NCBI GenBank assembly: GCA_031459915.1
Contig: JAVKHO010000009.1
Span: forward strand, 49,733-113,732
DNA length: 64,000 nt
Reading direction: 5' to 3'
Origin: Candidatus Tepidifontimicrobium thermophilum
Lineage (GTDB): Bacteria; Sysuimicrobiota; Sysuimicrobiia; Sysuimicrobiales; Sysuimicrobiaceae
Part shown: positions 54,600-64,000 of the stretch, one piece after another
Layout: every line of letters starts with the position of its first letter
Numbering within the stretch: position 1 is the stretch's first letter
Notes under the pieces: model-generated
The model's input: only the letters and a program-made list of their open reading frames with translations
Databases searched by the model: none
What the model was told of the DNA's origin: nothing
Translations under genes and position numbers: made by a program

Positions 54600-56933
54600 G
54601 TGGACGAGCGTACCCTGCGGGTCCTGGAGTTCGACTGGGTGCGCAGGCGGCTGCGCGACCTGTGCGCCACCCCACTGGGCGAGGAGCTGGCGAACCGCCT
54701 GGCACCGGAGGTGGACTTCGCGCGCGTGCAGGAGCTGCAGCAGGAGACTGCGGAGGCCCGTCTGCTGTTGCGGGAAGGCGGAGTGAACCTGCGGGGCGTG
54801 GTGGACTTCCGGCCCTCGGTGCAGCGGGCGGCTCTGGGCGGGACCCTGGAGCCCCGGGCCCTGGTGGAGGTGTGGCGGGCGGCCCGGGCGGGCCGCCTGG
54901 CGAAGGCCGCGGTGGCCTCCCGCGCGGAATCCCTGCCCGTGCTGGCGGCTCTGGTCCGTGACCTGCCCACCTTCGAACCCCTGGAGGCGCGGCTGGAGCG
55001 GTCCCTGGGAGAGGACGGACAGGTGCTGGACGGCGCGAGCCCGGACCTAGCCCGCGTGCGGAGGGAGATCCGCGCCACACAGGACCGGCTGCGCAGCCAG
55101 CTGGAACAGATCGTCCGCTCCCCGCGCTGGGCCCGCATGCTGCAGGACCCCATCGTCACCGTGCGGGGCGACCGGTACGTGGTCCCCGTCAAGCAGGCGT
55201 ACGCGGCCCAGTTCCCCGGCGTGGTGCACGACCAGTCCGCCACAGGCGCCACGGTGTTCATGGAGCCCCTGGTGGTCTTGCAGCTGGGAAACCGGCTGCG
55301 CCAGCTGCAGGGCCAGGAGGCCCGCGAGGTGGAACGGGTACTCGCAGAGCTGTCCGCAGAGGTGGGAAGCCGCAGGCACGAGTGGGAGCGGTTGTCCGCG
55401 GTCCTGGCGCGGCTGGACTTCGCCCTGGCGAAGGCGGCGCTGGCGGAGGAACTGGACGGCTGCCGTCCGGAGCTGGTCCCCCGTCCCGTGCTGGACCTCC
55501 GCTCCGCCCGCCACCCCCTGCTGGTGGAGCGGTCGCGGCGCGACGCAAGCCCCGTGGTCCCCGTGGACGTGCGCCTGGGCGAGGACTTCCGCACCCTGGT
55601 GATCACGGGGCCCAACACCGGCGGCAAGACCGTCACCCTGAAGACGGTGGGGCTGCTGACCCTTATGGCCCAGTGCGGCTTGGCGATCCCCGCGGCGGAC
55701 GGGAGCCGGGCGGGCTGCTTTGCCTGGGTGTTCGCGGACATCGGCGACGAGCAGAGCATCCAGCAGAACCTCTCCACCTTCTCCTCCCACATGCGGGCGG
55801 TGGTGGAGGTGGTGCGGCGCGCGGGACCCGGCTGGCTGGTGCTGCTGGACGAGGTGGGAGCGGGCACCGACCCCGCGGAGGGCTGCGCTCTAGCGCGGGC
55901 GGTGGTGGAGACTCTGCACGGGCGGGGTGCCTGTACCGTGGTCACCACCCACTACGGGGAGCTCAAGGCCCTCGCTTACCGGCTGGACGGGGTGGAGAAC
56001 GCGTCGGTGGAATTCGACTCAGAGACGCTGCAGCCCACGTACCGGCTGCGGATCGGCACGCCCGGCCGCAGCAACGCGCTCGTGATCGCGGCCAGGTTGG
56101 GCCTGGAGCCGGCGGTGGTGGACCGCGCCCGTTCGTACCTGGCCCGCGACGTCCGGGAGGCGGACGCGGTGCTGGAGGGGATGGAGCGCCAGCGGCGGGC
56201 CGCGGAGCTGGACCGGCAGGAGGCGGAGCGGCTGCGGGCGGAGCTGGAGGCCCTGCGGGCCAGTTACGAGGACCGCCTGCGGCGCCTGGAGGAGGAGCGG
56301 CAGCGCCTGCTGGAGCGCGCGCGGGAGGACGCGCGCCGAGTGGTGGAGCGCGCCCGCCAGGAGGTGGAGGCGCTGTTGCACGCGCTGCGCAGCGAGCGTC
56401 GGGAGCGGGACGCGGACCAGGCGCGCCGCAAGCTGGTAGCCCTTGCGCAGGCCCTGGAAGAGGCCCGCCGCACAGCCCCGGGCCCACCCCTCGAGGACGT
56501 GGCGGTGGGCCAAGCGGTGCGGGTGGCCTCCCTGGGCGCGGACGGGGTGGTGGTGGCGCTGTCGGACGAGCACGCGGAGGTGCAGGTGGGCTCCGCGAAA
56601 GTCCGGGTGCCGCGGGAGGAGCTGCGGGCCCCGGTGGCGAGTGCGGCGGGTTCGCGGGGGACACGGAGGGCGTGGTCGGAAGCACCACGGGTGTCGCCGA
56701 AGCTGGACCTGCGGGGCCTCACCTCGGACGAGGCAGTGGCCCGGCTGGAGAAGTACCTGGACGACGCGCTGCTGGCGGGGTTGCCCCGGGTGGTGGTCGT
56801 GCACGGCAAGGGCACGGGGGCGCTGCGACGGGCGGTGCACGAGGCGCTGCGGGGCTTCCCCGGCATCCAGTTCTTCCTGGCGGCCCCGGAGGAAGGGGGC
56901 GACGGTGCCACCGTCGTGGAGTTCACCCAGTAA
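54600..56933 (+). CDS. mutS2: MutS2 endonuclease / ribosome-collision factor
   Basis: TL.VLEF, HD.SATGAT.F.EP, ITGPNTGGKT, STFSSHM, DE.GAGTDP, Smr domain HGKGTG.LR. Confidence 0.97.
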   Translation: MDERTLRVLEFDWVRRRLRDLCATPLGEELANRLAPEVDFARVQELQQETAEARLLLREGGVNLRGVVDFRPSVQRAALGGTLEPRALVEVWRAARAGRLAKAAVASRAESLPVLAALVRDLPTFEPLEARLERSLGEDGQVLDGASPDLARVRREIRATQDRLRSQLEQIVRSPRWARMLQDPIVTVRGDRYVVPVKQAYAAQFPGVVHDQSATGATVFMEPLVVLQLGNRLRQLQGQEAREVERVLAELSAEVGSRRHEWERLSAVLARLDFALAKAALAEELDGCRPELVPRPVLDLRSARHPLLVERSRRDASPVVPVDVRLGEDFRTLVITGPNTGGKTVTLKTVGLLTLMAQCGLAIPAADGSRAGCFAWVFADIGDEQSIQQNLSTFSSHMRAVVEVVRRAGPGWLVLLDEVGAGTDPAEGCALARAVVETLHGRGACTVVTTHYGELKALAYRLDGVENASVEFDSETLQPTYRLRIGTPGRSNALVIAARLGLEPAVVDRARSYLARDVREADAVLEGMERQRRAAELDRQEAERLRAELEALRASYEDRLRRLEEERQRLLERAREDARRVVERARQEVEALLHALRSERRERDADQARRKLVALAQALEEARRTAPGPPLEDVAVGQAVRVASLGADGVVVALSDEHAEVQVGSAKVRVPREELRAPVASAAGSRGTRRAWSEAPRVSPKLDLRGLTSDEAVARLEKYLDDALLAGLPRVVVVHGKGTGALRRAVHEALRGFPGIQFFLAAPEEGGDGATVVEFTQ

Positions 56934-56947
56934 ATAGGGAGGCACGC

Positions 56948-57817
56948 ATGCGGCTTGCGAGAGTTCGTTACAAGGACCAGGAGGCGGTGGCCATCGTGCT
57001 GGCCCACCACGCGGTGCTGCTGGATGGCGTTCGCAGCATCCCGCAGCTTCTGGGCCGTCCGGATGTGGTGGACCGGATGGAGGAGCTCGTGGAGCGGCTG
57101 GAAGCACACCAGGTCCCTGAGGACTTGGACCTGGGATCGCAGGTACGTCCCCTCCCTGAGCTGACCTTTCTGGCGCCCTTGCCCCATCCCCCGAAGATCG
57201 TGGCGCTGGGCCGGAACTACGTGGAGCACGCCCGGGAGCTGGGCAACGAGGCCACCGAGGACCCCCCCATCTTCTTCAAGCCGTCGAGTTCCATTGTGGG
57301 GCCGGAGGAGGCCATCGTGATCCCGCCGGAAAGCCGGGAGGTGCACCACGAAGTGGAGCTGGCGGTGGTGATCGCCCGCCGGGGCGTGCGGGTGCCTGCA
57401 GAGCACGCCCTAGACCTGGTAGGCGGCTACACGGTGCTGAACGACGTCACCGCCCGGGACCTGCAGCGGGAGGACATCCAGCGCCGCAGGCCCTTTGACC
57501 GGGCCAAGAGCTTCGACACTTTCTGCCCCATGGGCCCCGTGGTGGTCACCCCGCGCTCCCTGCCGGACCCCGACCGCGTGCGGGTGAGGCTGCGGGTGAA
57601 CGGGCAGGTGCGGCAGGACGCCTCCACGGCCGACATGATCCTGTCGGTCCCGCGCATCATCGAGTACGTGAGCCGCTACATGTCCCTGGAGCCAGGGGAC
57701 GTGATCGCCACGGGGACGCCCGCAGGCGTGGGTCCGCTGGTCCCCGGGGACGTGGTGGAGGCGGAGGTGGAGGGCGTGGGCGTCCTGCGGAACCCCGTGG
57801 TGGCGCACCCCGGGTAA
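56948..57817 (+). CDS. Fumarylacetoacetate hydrolase family protein
   Basis: KIVALGRNY.EH, HEVEL, NDVTARD, KSFDTFCPMGP, GDVIATGTP.G. Confidence 0.94.
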   Translation: MRLARVRYKDQEAVAIVLAHHAVLLDGVRSIPQLLGRPDVVDRMEELVERLEAHQVPEDLDLGSQVRPLPELTFLAPLPHPPKIVALGRNYVEHARELGNEATEDPPIFFKPSSSIVGPEEAIVIPPESREVHHEVELAVVIARRGVRVPAEHALDLVGGYTVLNDVTARDLQREDIQRRRPFDRAKSFDTFCPMGPVVVTPRSLPDPDRVRVRLRVNGQVRQDASTADMILSVPRIIEYVSRYMSLEPGDVIATGTPAGVGPLVPGDVVEAEVEGVGVLRNPVVAHPG

Positions 57818-57846
57818 GCTGGGTTCCTCAAGTTCAGCGTCAGGAG

Positions 57847-58956
57847 GTGGCGGTGCGGGTCCGAGCGGTGGAGGTGTACGGCTACGAGCTCACCTACGCG
57901 CACGGTCGGTACGTCATGTCGGGTGGCCGAGTGGTGGAACGGCTGCCCAGTACGGTGGTGCGGGTGGTGGCGGACGAGGGCGTGGACGGGTGGGGCGAGG
58001 TGTGCCCGCTGGGGAGCACGTACCTGCCCGCCTTCGCAAGCGGCGCCCGGGCCGCCTTGCGGGAGCTGGCGCCCGTGGTGGTGGGAGCGGACCCGCGCAA
58101 CCTGGCGGACGTCCACGCCCGCATGGACGCGGCCCTGGCAGGCCACGCGTACGCGAAGAGTGTGGTGGACGTGGCGTGCTGGGACCTGCTGGGCCGGGTG
58201 GCCGGACTCCCGGTGGCCGCGCTGCTGGGGGGCGTGCACCGGGAGCGGTTCCCCTTGTACGTGGCGGTACCCCTCGCGCCCGCGGAGGCCATGGCGGACT
58301 TCGCGGCACGGCACCGTGCTCAGGGCGTGGGGGTGTTCCAGCTGAAGCTGGGCACGGATCCTTTTGCGGACTCAGACCGCGTGGCCGCGGTGGCCGAGGC
58401 GGTGGGGCCGGGCTGCTGGATCCTGGCGGACGCCAACGGAGCTTACACCGTCCAGCAGGCTGTGGTGCTCGGGCGCCTGCTGGAGAAGTACCCGCAGGTG
58501 CTCCTGGAGCAGCCCTGCGCCAGCCTGGAGGAGTGCCTGACGGTGCGGGCACGCACCACCCTCCCCATGGTGTACGACGAGGTGGTCACGGACGCTCGCA
58601 GTCTGGTCCGGGCGGCGGAAGACGGAGGAGCCGCGGCGGTCAACCTGAAAACGAGCCGCGTGGGCGGGCTAGTGGCCGCGCGCTTCCTGCGGGACCTGGC
58701 GGTGGCTCTGGGGCTGCAGCTGGTGGTGGAGGACACCTGGGGCGGGGACCTCGTGACTGCCTCCACCGCCCACGTGGCGGCCAGCACGCCCCCTCGCTCC
58801 CTGCTGGCGGCGTCCTTCATGAACGACTGGAACCTGGAGCACGTGGCGGGCGGGTTCCCGCGCAGCGAGGCCGGCCAGGGCGTCCTGCCTCCGGGTCCGG
58901 GCCTAGGCGTGGAAGTGGACCGGTCCGCGTTGGAGCTGCTGTTCTCGGTACCCTGA
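57847..58956 (+). CDS. Enolase-superfamily mandelate racemase/MLE protein (hydroxyproline dehydratase / betaine epimerase-like)
   Basis: GWGEVCPLG.TY, QLKLG, DAN, EQP, DE, NLK, EDTWG. Confidence 0.85.
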   Translation: MAVRVRAVEVYGYELTYAHGRYVMSGGRVVERLPSTVVRVVADEGVDGWGEVCPLGSTYLPAFASGARAALRELAPVVVGADPRNLADVHARMDAALAGHAYAKSVVDVACWDLLGRVAGLPVAALLGGVHRERFPLYVAVPLAPAEAMADFAARHRAQGVGVFQLKLGTDPFADSDRVAAVAEAVGPGCWILADANGAYTVQQAVVLGRLLEKYPQVLLEQPCASLEECLTVRARTTLPMVYDEVVTDARSLVRAAEDGGAAAVNLKTSRVGGLVAARFLRDLAVALGLQLVVEDTWGGDLVTASTAHVAASTPPRSLLAASFMNDWNLEHVAGGFPRSEAGQGVLPPGPGLGVEVDRSALELLFSVP

Positions 58957-58973
58957 CGGGCGGTGCGTAGAGG

Positions 58974-60197
58974 ATGACGACGTTCCTCCCACCCGAGCGA
59001 CAGCTGGAGCTGCTGCGACGCGGCGCCGCGGAGATCATCACCGAGGAGGAGCTGCTGGCCAAGCTGCGGGAGGGCCGGCCGCTGCGCGTGAAGCTGGGCC
59101 TGGACCCCACCGCGCCGGACATCCACATCGGGTTCGCGGTGGTGTTGCGCAAACTCCGGCAGTTCCAGGACCTGGGGCACGAGGCCATCCTGGTGATCGG
59201 GGACTTCACCGCGCTCATCGGCGACCCGACGGGCAAGAAGCAGACCCGCCCCATGCTGACCCGGGAGGAGGTGGAGCGCAACGCGGCCACCTACCGGGAG
59301 CAGTACAGCCGGATCCTGGATCCCGAGCGCACGCGGGTGACCTTCAACAGCCAGTGGCTGGGGTCGTTGAGCTTCGCGGACGTGGTGCGGCTGTGCAGCA
59401 AGACCACCGTGGCCCGCATCCTGGAACGGGACGACTTCACCGCGCGCTGGAAGGAGGGCAGCCCCATCGGCCTGCACGAGCTGCTGTACCCGCTCTGTCA
59501 GGCCTACGACTCCGTGGCCCTGCAAGCGGACGTGGAGCTCGGGGGGACGGACCAGAAGTTCAACAACCTGATGGGCCGGGACCTGCAGCGGGAGTTCGGC
59601 CAGCCGCCGCAGGTGGTGCTGCTCACTCCCCTGCTGCCCGGCCTGGACGGCGTCGAGAAGATGAGCAAGTCGCTGGGCAACTACATCGGGATCAACGAGC
59701 CGCCCCAGGAGATGTACGGGAAGGTCATGTCCCTGCCCGACCCCCTCATGGTCACCTACTTCGAGCTGTGCACGGAAGTGCCCATGGAGGAGGTGCGGGC
59801 CATCGACGAGGGGCTGCGGGCCGGCCGATTGCACCCCCGGGACGTCAAGCGGCGCCTGGCCCGTGAGATCGTGACGGTCTGGCACGGGCCGCGGGCTGCC
59901 CGGGCTGCGGAGGAGGAGTTCGACCGGGTCTTCACGCGCGAGGAGCTGCCCTCGGAAATTCCGGATGTGTACGTCCGACCGCAGGACCTGGACCCGGACG
60001 GCCGTGTGGCCATCGTGCGGCTGCTGCGGCTTGTGCGGCTGGTGGTCTCCAACAGCGAAGCCCGGCGGCTCGTGGCTCAGGGCGGCGTCAGTGTGGACGG
60101 CAGGAGGGTTTCCGACCCCGAGGAACGGGTGGAGGTGCGCTCGGGGCTCGTGGTGCGGGTGGGCAAGCGACGGTTCGCGCGTGTGCGCCTGGACTGA
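58974..60197 (+). CDS. tyrS: Tyrosine-tRNA ligase
   Basis: [40 protein letters not shown]4 domain VGKRRF. Confidence 0.97.
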   Translation: MTTFLPPERQLELLRRGAAEIITEEELLAKLREGRPLRVKLGLDPTAPDIHIGFAVVLRKLRQFQDLGHEAILVIGDFTALIGDPTGKKQTRPMLTREEVERNAATYREQYSRILDPERTRVTFNSQWLGSLSFADVVRLCSKTTVARILERDDFTARWKEGSPIGLHELLYPLCQAYDSVALQADVELGGTDQKFNNLMGRDLQREFGQPPQVVLLTPLLPGLDGVEKMSKSLGNYIGINEPPQEMYGKVMSLPDPLMVTYFELCTEVPMEEVRAIDEGLRAGRLHPRDVKRRLAREIVTVWHGPRAARAAEEEFDRVFTREELPSEIPDVYVRPQDLDPDGRVAIVRLLRLVRLVVSNSEARRLVAQGGVSVDGRRVSDPEERVEVRSGLVVRVGKRRFARVRLD

Positions 60198-60211
60198 TCC
60201 GGGAGGCTGCC

Positions 60212-61051
60212 GTGGCGCGGGCGTGGGTGGGGACCTCCGGCTACACCTACCCCCACTGGGTGGGGGTCCTGTACCCGGAGGACCTGCCCTCCTCCCGCTG
60301 GTTCGAACGCTACGCGGAAGTGTTCGACGCGGTGGAGCTGAACGTGACCTTCTACCGCCTGCCCGCGTCGAAGACCTTCGAGGGCTGGGCCCGCCGCGCC
60401 CCGCGGGAGTTCGCCTTCGTGGTGAAGGGCAGCCGCTACCTCACCCACGTGCGTCGCCTGCGCGACCCCCGGGAGCCCCTCCGGGTGCTGATGGACGCCT
60501 GCCGGCCCCTGGGGGACCGGCTGCGGTGCGTGCTCTGGCAGCTCCCGCCGCGCTTCCGGGCCGACCCGCACCGCCTGCGGGAGTTCCTCTCGGCCCTACC
60601 GAGGACGGTGCTCCACGCGTTCGAATTCCGGGACGCCACCTGGTTTGCCGAACCCGTGTACGAGTTGCTGGGGGAGTACGGGGCGGCGGTGGTATGCGCG
60701 GACTGGCCCTTCCAGATCCTGCCTCCCGGCATGCGGCCGAGGCGGATGGATCGGCCGGTGGTACGGGTGCCTCAGACCGCGGGGTGGTGGTACCTGCGGC
60801 GCCACGGGCCTGGGGACGCCTACTCCGGCTGCTACCCGGACAGCAGCCTGCGGGCGGACGCCCGCTGGGTGTTCGATCAGCTGGCCGCGGGCCGGGAGGG
60901 CTACGTGTTCTTCAACAACGACGTCGCCGGGCACGCGGTCCGTAACGCCCTCAGCCTGCGCCGGCTGCTGGGGCAGGGCGGAAAGGAGGAGCTGGCGCGA
61001 GGCCGCAGGGTCCTGGCGTCCCGGGTGCGGGACGGTTCACGTCACCAGTAG
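60212..61051 (+). CDS. DUF72 family protein
   Basis: VGTSG..Y..W, VELN.TFY, VK.SRYLTH, QLPP, EFR..W, YVFFNND. Confidence 0.93.
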   Translation: MARAWVGTSGYTYPHWVGVLYPEDLPSSRWFERYAEVFDAVELNVTFYRLPASKTFEGWARRAPREFAFVVKGSRYLTHVRRLRDPREPLRVLMDACRPLGDRLRCVLWQLPPRFRADPHRLREFLSALPRTVLHAFEFRDATWFAEPVYELLGEYGAAVVCADWPFQILPPGMRPRRMDRPVVRVPQTAGWWYLRRHGPGDAYSGCYPDSSLRADARWVFDQLAAGREGYVFFNNDVAGHAVRNALSLRRLLGQGGKEELARGRRVLASRVRDGSRHQ

Positions 61052-62203
61052 TCAGCGCATGTTCCCTGTGTGCCCGAGGGAGTAGCGGCCCGGCTGGGGC
61101 CAGACGGTGAGGCCGTGCGGGCCCTGGCCGACTCGAATGCGGGCCACAAGGGTCCCCGAGCGGGTGTCGAACGCGTACACCTCGTCGTCGTAGCGACCCG
61201 AGATCCAAAGCTGCTGCCCGTCGGGGGTGAAGTTGCCCATGTCGGGGCTGCCGCCCCCGGGGACCGGCCAGCGCAGGAGGACCCGGAGCGTCCGGCCATC
61301 CAGGACGGCGATGCTGCCCGGTCCTCGTCTGCCTCCGTAGACCGTGTGCCAGCCGCGGTTGGTCACGTACACCTTTCGGCCCTCGGAGTCCGGGTACACG
61401 CCGTGGGCGCCCACGCCGGTGACGACGAAGCCCACCCGCTGTAGCCGCTCGCCGTCCACCACGTGCACGCCGTCGCGGGCCATATCGGCCACGAGGAACC
61501 GGCTCCCGTCGGGCGCGAGCCGCACGTCCTGGGGCATACTCCCCAGTTGAAGGGCGCCGAGCACCCGCCGGGTATTCGTGTCCACCTTGACCAGACGGCC
61601 GTCGAACTCGCAGCTCAAAAGGAAGTACGCCCCGTCTTTCGAGAAGTCCAGATGGTTAGGGCCTCTACAGGGGACCGCCACGCTGGCCACAAGGCGGAAC
61701 GTGTGTGGATCGCGGAAGTCCAGGCGCTGGAGGCGCTCGGCCACCACCACGGCGAACCGGCCGTCCGGGGTGAAGTACAGGTTGTACGGGTCCGCCACGG
61801 CCACCGGGGGCCCGGGCCGGCCCGACCGGGGGTCGATGGGCGTGAGGCTGTCTGCGCCGTTGTTGTTGACCCACAGGACGCGCAGGTCGTAGGAAGGCAC
61901 CACGTGCTGAGGCGCCTTCCCCACCGGAAAGGTGGCCAGGACTCGCCGCTTTGCAGGGTCCAGGACCGTCACGGTGTTGGAGAGGCTGTTGGGCACGTAG
62001 ACCCGCACGGGCAGAGTGCGGAGGTCCGCGCGCAGGCCAGCCGCGGGTGAGGGTGGCAGCTGCGTGGGGGCCGGCCGGCTCAGGGCGGGGAGGGTAGGTG
62101 AGCGGCCGGCAGGGGGGGAGCAGGCGGCCAGCCCCAGCACCGCGAGGGCTACGGCCGCGCGCGGACCTCCAAACCGCGGGGGGCGGAACCGGGGACTCCT
62201 CAT
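61052..62203 (-). CDS. YVTN/YncE-type beta-propeller lipoprotein
   Basis: LAAC lipobox; VYVPNS.SNTVTVLD, VG..P.HV and VGQGPHGL repeats; ATGA overlap with the upstream gene. Confidence 0.85.
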   Translation of the reverse strand: MRSPRFRPPRFGGPRAAVALAVLGLAACSPPAGRSPTLPALSRPAPTQLPPSPAAGLRADLRTLPVRVYVPNSLSNTVTVLDPAKRRVLATFPVGKAPQHVVPSYDLRVLWVNNNGADSLTPIDPRSGRPGPPVAVADPYNLYFTPDGRFAVVVAERLQRLDFRDPHTFRLVASVAVPCRGPNHLDFSKDGAYFLLSCEFDGRLVKVDTNTRRVLGALQLGSMPQDVRLAPDGSRFLVADMARDGVHVVDGERLQRVGFVVTGVGAHGVYPDSEGRKVYVTNRGWHTVYGGRRGPGSIAVLDGRTLRVLLRWPVPGGGSPDMGNFTPDGQQLWISGRYDDEVYAFDTRSGTLVARIRVGQGPHGLTVWPQPGRYSLGHTGNMR

Positions 62204-63264
62204 GCGTCGGAGTCCGTGGCAAGCCTGCTCCGAAGCCATTCCAGCAGGAAGTCAAGGGTCGAAGGAGCGGGCTGGATGCCGGTGCGGTCGGCCACTGCCA
62301 GGAGGACGTCGGGGCTGAGTTCTGCGACCAGGGTGATGGCCCAGCCTGCGTATTGCCAGTAGACCAGCTGACGCAGGCCGGACGAACGGACCCACACCGG
62401 CCCGCCGGGTCGGTAGACGACCCGGCTGCCTGCGGGGGGCGAGGCAGCCGCCTGGGGCCGCCAGGAGACCACCAGGGTCGTGAGGCCGTCGGAGTAAGCC
62501 CGGCGGACCATGGTGCCGCGGTCTTCCAGGAGGAAGGCGGTGACGGGGCTGAAGCCATCGGGGAGCTGCACCGCGGGCGGACGCTGTCCGAACACGGACG
62601 TCAGGTGCTGGAGGGTAGCTGTCCGGGGCGTCGGTTCGCTGCGGAGCTGCAGGTCCGCCGGGACCTTCCGCGACCGCATCCAGCCTACGGGGCGGGGCGT
62701 GAAGGTGACGAAGCTGCTGAACTGGCGTGCAGCGCCGTCCGCGGAGGTGCGCTCGGATCGGAGGATCAGGCCCGTGTGGACGTCCACGTGGACCGTGGCG
62801 GTGGGCCGGCCGGGCTGTCTGGGCACGATCCGCAGCCGCGCGGTCTGCCGGCCCAGGAGGTGGGAGGGTGCGGAGGTGACCGAGTAGTTGCGCGCAAGCC
62901 AGGCGAGCTGCTGGGCGGGCGAGACCTGGAGCCGGTAGGCGGGGTAGGCGCGGCCGCGGCGCGTGTGGGGGTCGTACTCCAGCGTCCGGTCGGCGGTGTG
63001 CCAGACGACCTGTCGGTCCTGTCCGCCGGACAGAGGCCGGTACACGAGCCGGGTTCCCACCGCGGGGTCGTGCTGGACGTGGGCCAGCGCGACGTGCGGC
63101 TGCTGGCCCTCCCACGTAGCGACGAGTTGCTCGGCGGAGTAGGCCACACGGTCGTGGGCGACCGCCGCCCGCAGGAGCAGGTCGAAGGAGGGCGCCTGTG
63201 CCGCTGCCGGCCGGACCAAAAGACCCAGGCAGACCAGCAGCGCTGCTGCTGCAAGCGGTCTCAA
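62200..63264 (-). CDS. MucB/RseB-like (LolA-fold) periplasmic sigma-E regulatory protein
   Basis: Signal peptide; L.RNY, LLGR, VD.HTGLILR, LPDGF, YSDGLTTL; TTGA overlap start. Confidence 0.75.
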   Translation of the reverse strand: MRPLAAAALLVCLGLLVRPAAAQAPSFDLLLRAAVAHDRVAYSAEQLVATWEGQQPHVALAHVQHDPAVGTRLVYRPLSGGQDRQVVWHTADRTLEYDPHTRRGRAYPAYRLQVSPAQQLAWLARNYSVTSAPSHLLGRQTARLRIVPRQPGRPTATVHVDVHTGLILRSERTSADGAARQFSSFVTFTPRPVGWMRSRKVPADLQLRSEPTPRTATLQHLTSVFGQRPPAVQLPDGFSPVTAFLLEDRGTMVRRAYSDGLTTLVVSWRPQAAASPPAGSRVVYRPGGPVWVRSSGLRQLVYWQYAGWAITLVAELSPDVLLAVADRTGIQPAPSTLDFLLEWLRSRLATDSDA

Positions 63265-63698
63265 GGGTTGTCCTCCACGGGTTCCTGGAGAATTGCGGAG
63301 AGGAAAGAGGCCAGCCCCAGGTCGTTCAAAGGGGCGTGCGTGGCCAGGCGGGCGTGCTCGCGCAGCTCCTGCACCACCGGGCCGGAGGCGGGGGGCAGGT
63401 GGGAGACCCGAGCCGAGACGACTGCCAGGAGGGCAGTGGCGGCCGCTACAGCGAGCCACCGGGGCACGTTCAGGCGGTGCCGGCGAGGTCCCGGATCGAC
63501 CTGGAGGAGGCGAGCTAGGAGCTCCGGGTCAGGATCGGGGGGGGGCACGGCAGCCAGCAGCCGGCGCAGGGCCCGGAGGTCTGAGACCGTCTCCCGGCAG
63601 GACGGACACTCCGCCAGGTGCGCGGCGACTTCCGCGGCCTCGTGCGCAGACAGAGCACCGTCCACATACCCGCTCAACAGGTCCTGCGGGTGCCTCAT
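63261..63698 (-). CDS. Zinc-binding anti-sigma factor (zf-HC2/ZAS) with one TM helix
   Basis: H..LLSGYVDG.L......V..HLAECPSC; ATGA overlap with the sigma stop. Confidence 0.9.
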   Translation of the reverse strand: MRHPQDLLSGYVDGALSAHEAAEVAAHLAECPSCRETVSDLRALRRLLAAVPPPDPDPELLARLLQVDPGPRRHRLNVPRWLAVAAATALLAVVSARVSHLPPASGPVVQELREHARLATHAPLNDLGLASFLSAILQEPVEDNP

Positions 63699-64000
63699 CC
63701 CAGTTCTCCCCGCCTCAAGGCGTCCACGTACCCCCGGAGCCACTCCCGCAAAGCCAGGCGGCCCCGGTGGAGCCTCGACCGCACGGTGCCGGGCGGGCAG
63801 CGGAGGACACGGGCGGCGTCCTCGTAGGACAGCCCCTCCAGGTCCACCAGGACCACCACTGCCCGGAACTCCGGGGGCAGGGCGTCCAGGGCCCTCTGCA
63901 CGGGCCCGTCGAGCTGCTGCTCCAGGGCGGCCTCCGGGTCCGCCCAGCTTGCGGTGACCCGCATGTCGCCGGACAGGTCGTCCAGGGGCACGTACGACTG
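63695..64000 (-). CDS. ECF sigma factor, C-terminal region 4 (truncated by the window edge)
   Basis: ALDALPPEFRAVVVL.D.EGLSYEDAA..L..P.GTVRSRLHRGR. Confidence 0.93.
   Translation of the reverse strand, partial: QSYVPLDDLSGDMRVTASWADPEAALEQQLDGPVQRALDALPPEFRAVVVLVDLEGLSYEDAARVLRCPPGTVRSRLHRGRLALREWLRGYVDALRRGELG

Noticed and set aside
55382..56947. 811-aa ORF suggesting a fused FAH protein
   Set aside because: The upstream part is an off-frame reading of mutS2; the FAH gene has its own SD and ATG at 56948

Overview
Core-genome window of a very GC-rich bacterium (about 70% GC by eye) with tightly packed genes and many NTGA stop/start overlaps. No rRNA, tRNA, CRISPR array, IS element or prophage was recognised. 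Gene order is Bacillota-like (topA-xerC-hslVU-rpsB-tsf-pyrH-frr-uppS-cdsA-dxr-rseP; infC-rpmI-rplT-trmH-pheST-cvpA-polX-mutS2), with a T-box and an L20 leader. An MlaEFD system with a beta-barrel-terminated MlaD indicates an outer membrane, so this is probably a diderm Terrabacteria lineage (inference). Accessory blocks: an amine (probably ethanolamine) gamma-glutamylation cluster with TRAP and 2-AEP-type ABC importers (1-10.9 kb), a divergent capA-like/cofE pair, an archaeal-type SAM synthetase, a 7-gene MoxR/vWA/membrane-protein operon (29.5-39.7 kb) and an ECF sigma/anti-sigma/RseB-like/beta-propeller module. Items not delineated by the ORF track: a 29-aa Lys/Ala histone-H1-like microprotein gene with its own SD, terminator and upstream palindrome (42007-42096); a Phe/Trp-rich 39-codon ORF abutting the pheS T-box; probable CTG starts for xerC and trmH; and an ATA start for infC. 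PheRS-alpha and TyrRS carry unusual active-site motifs. All family calls come from motif recognition by eye, not from database searches.
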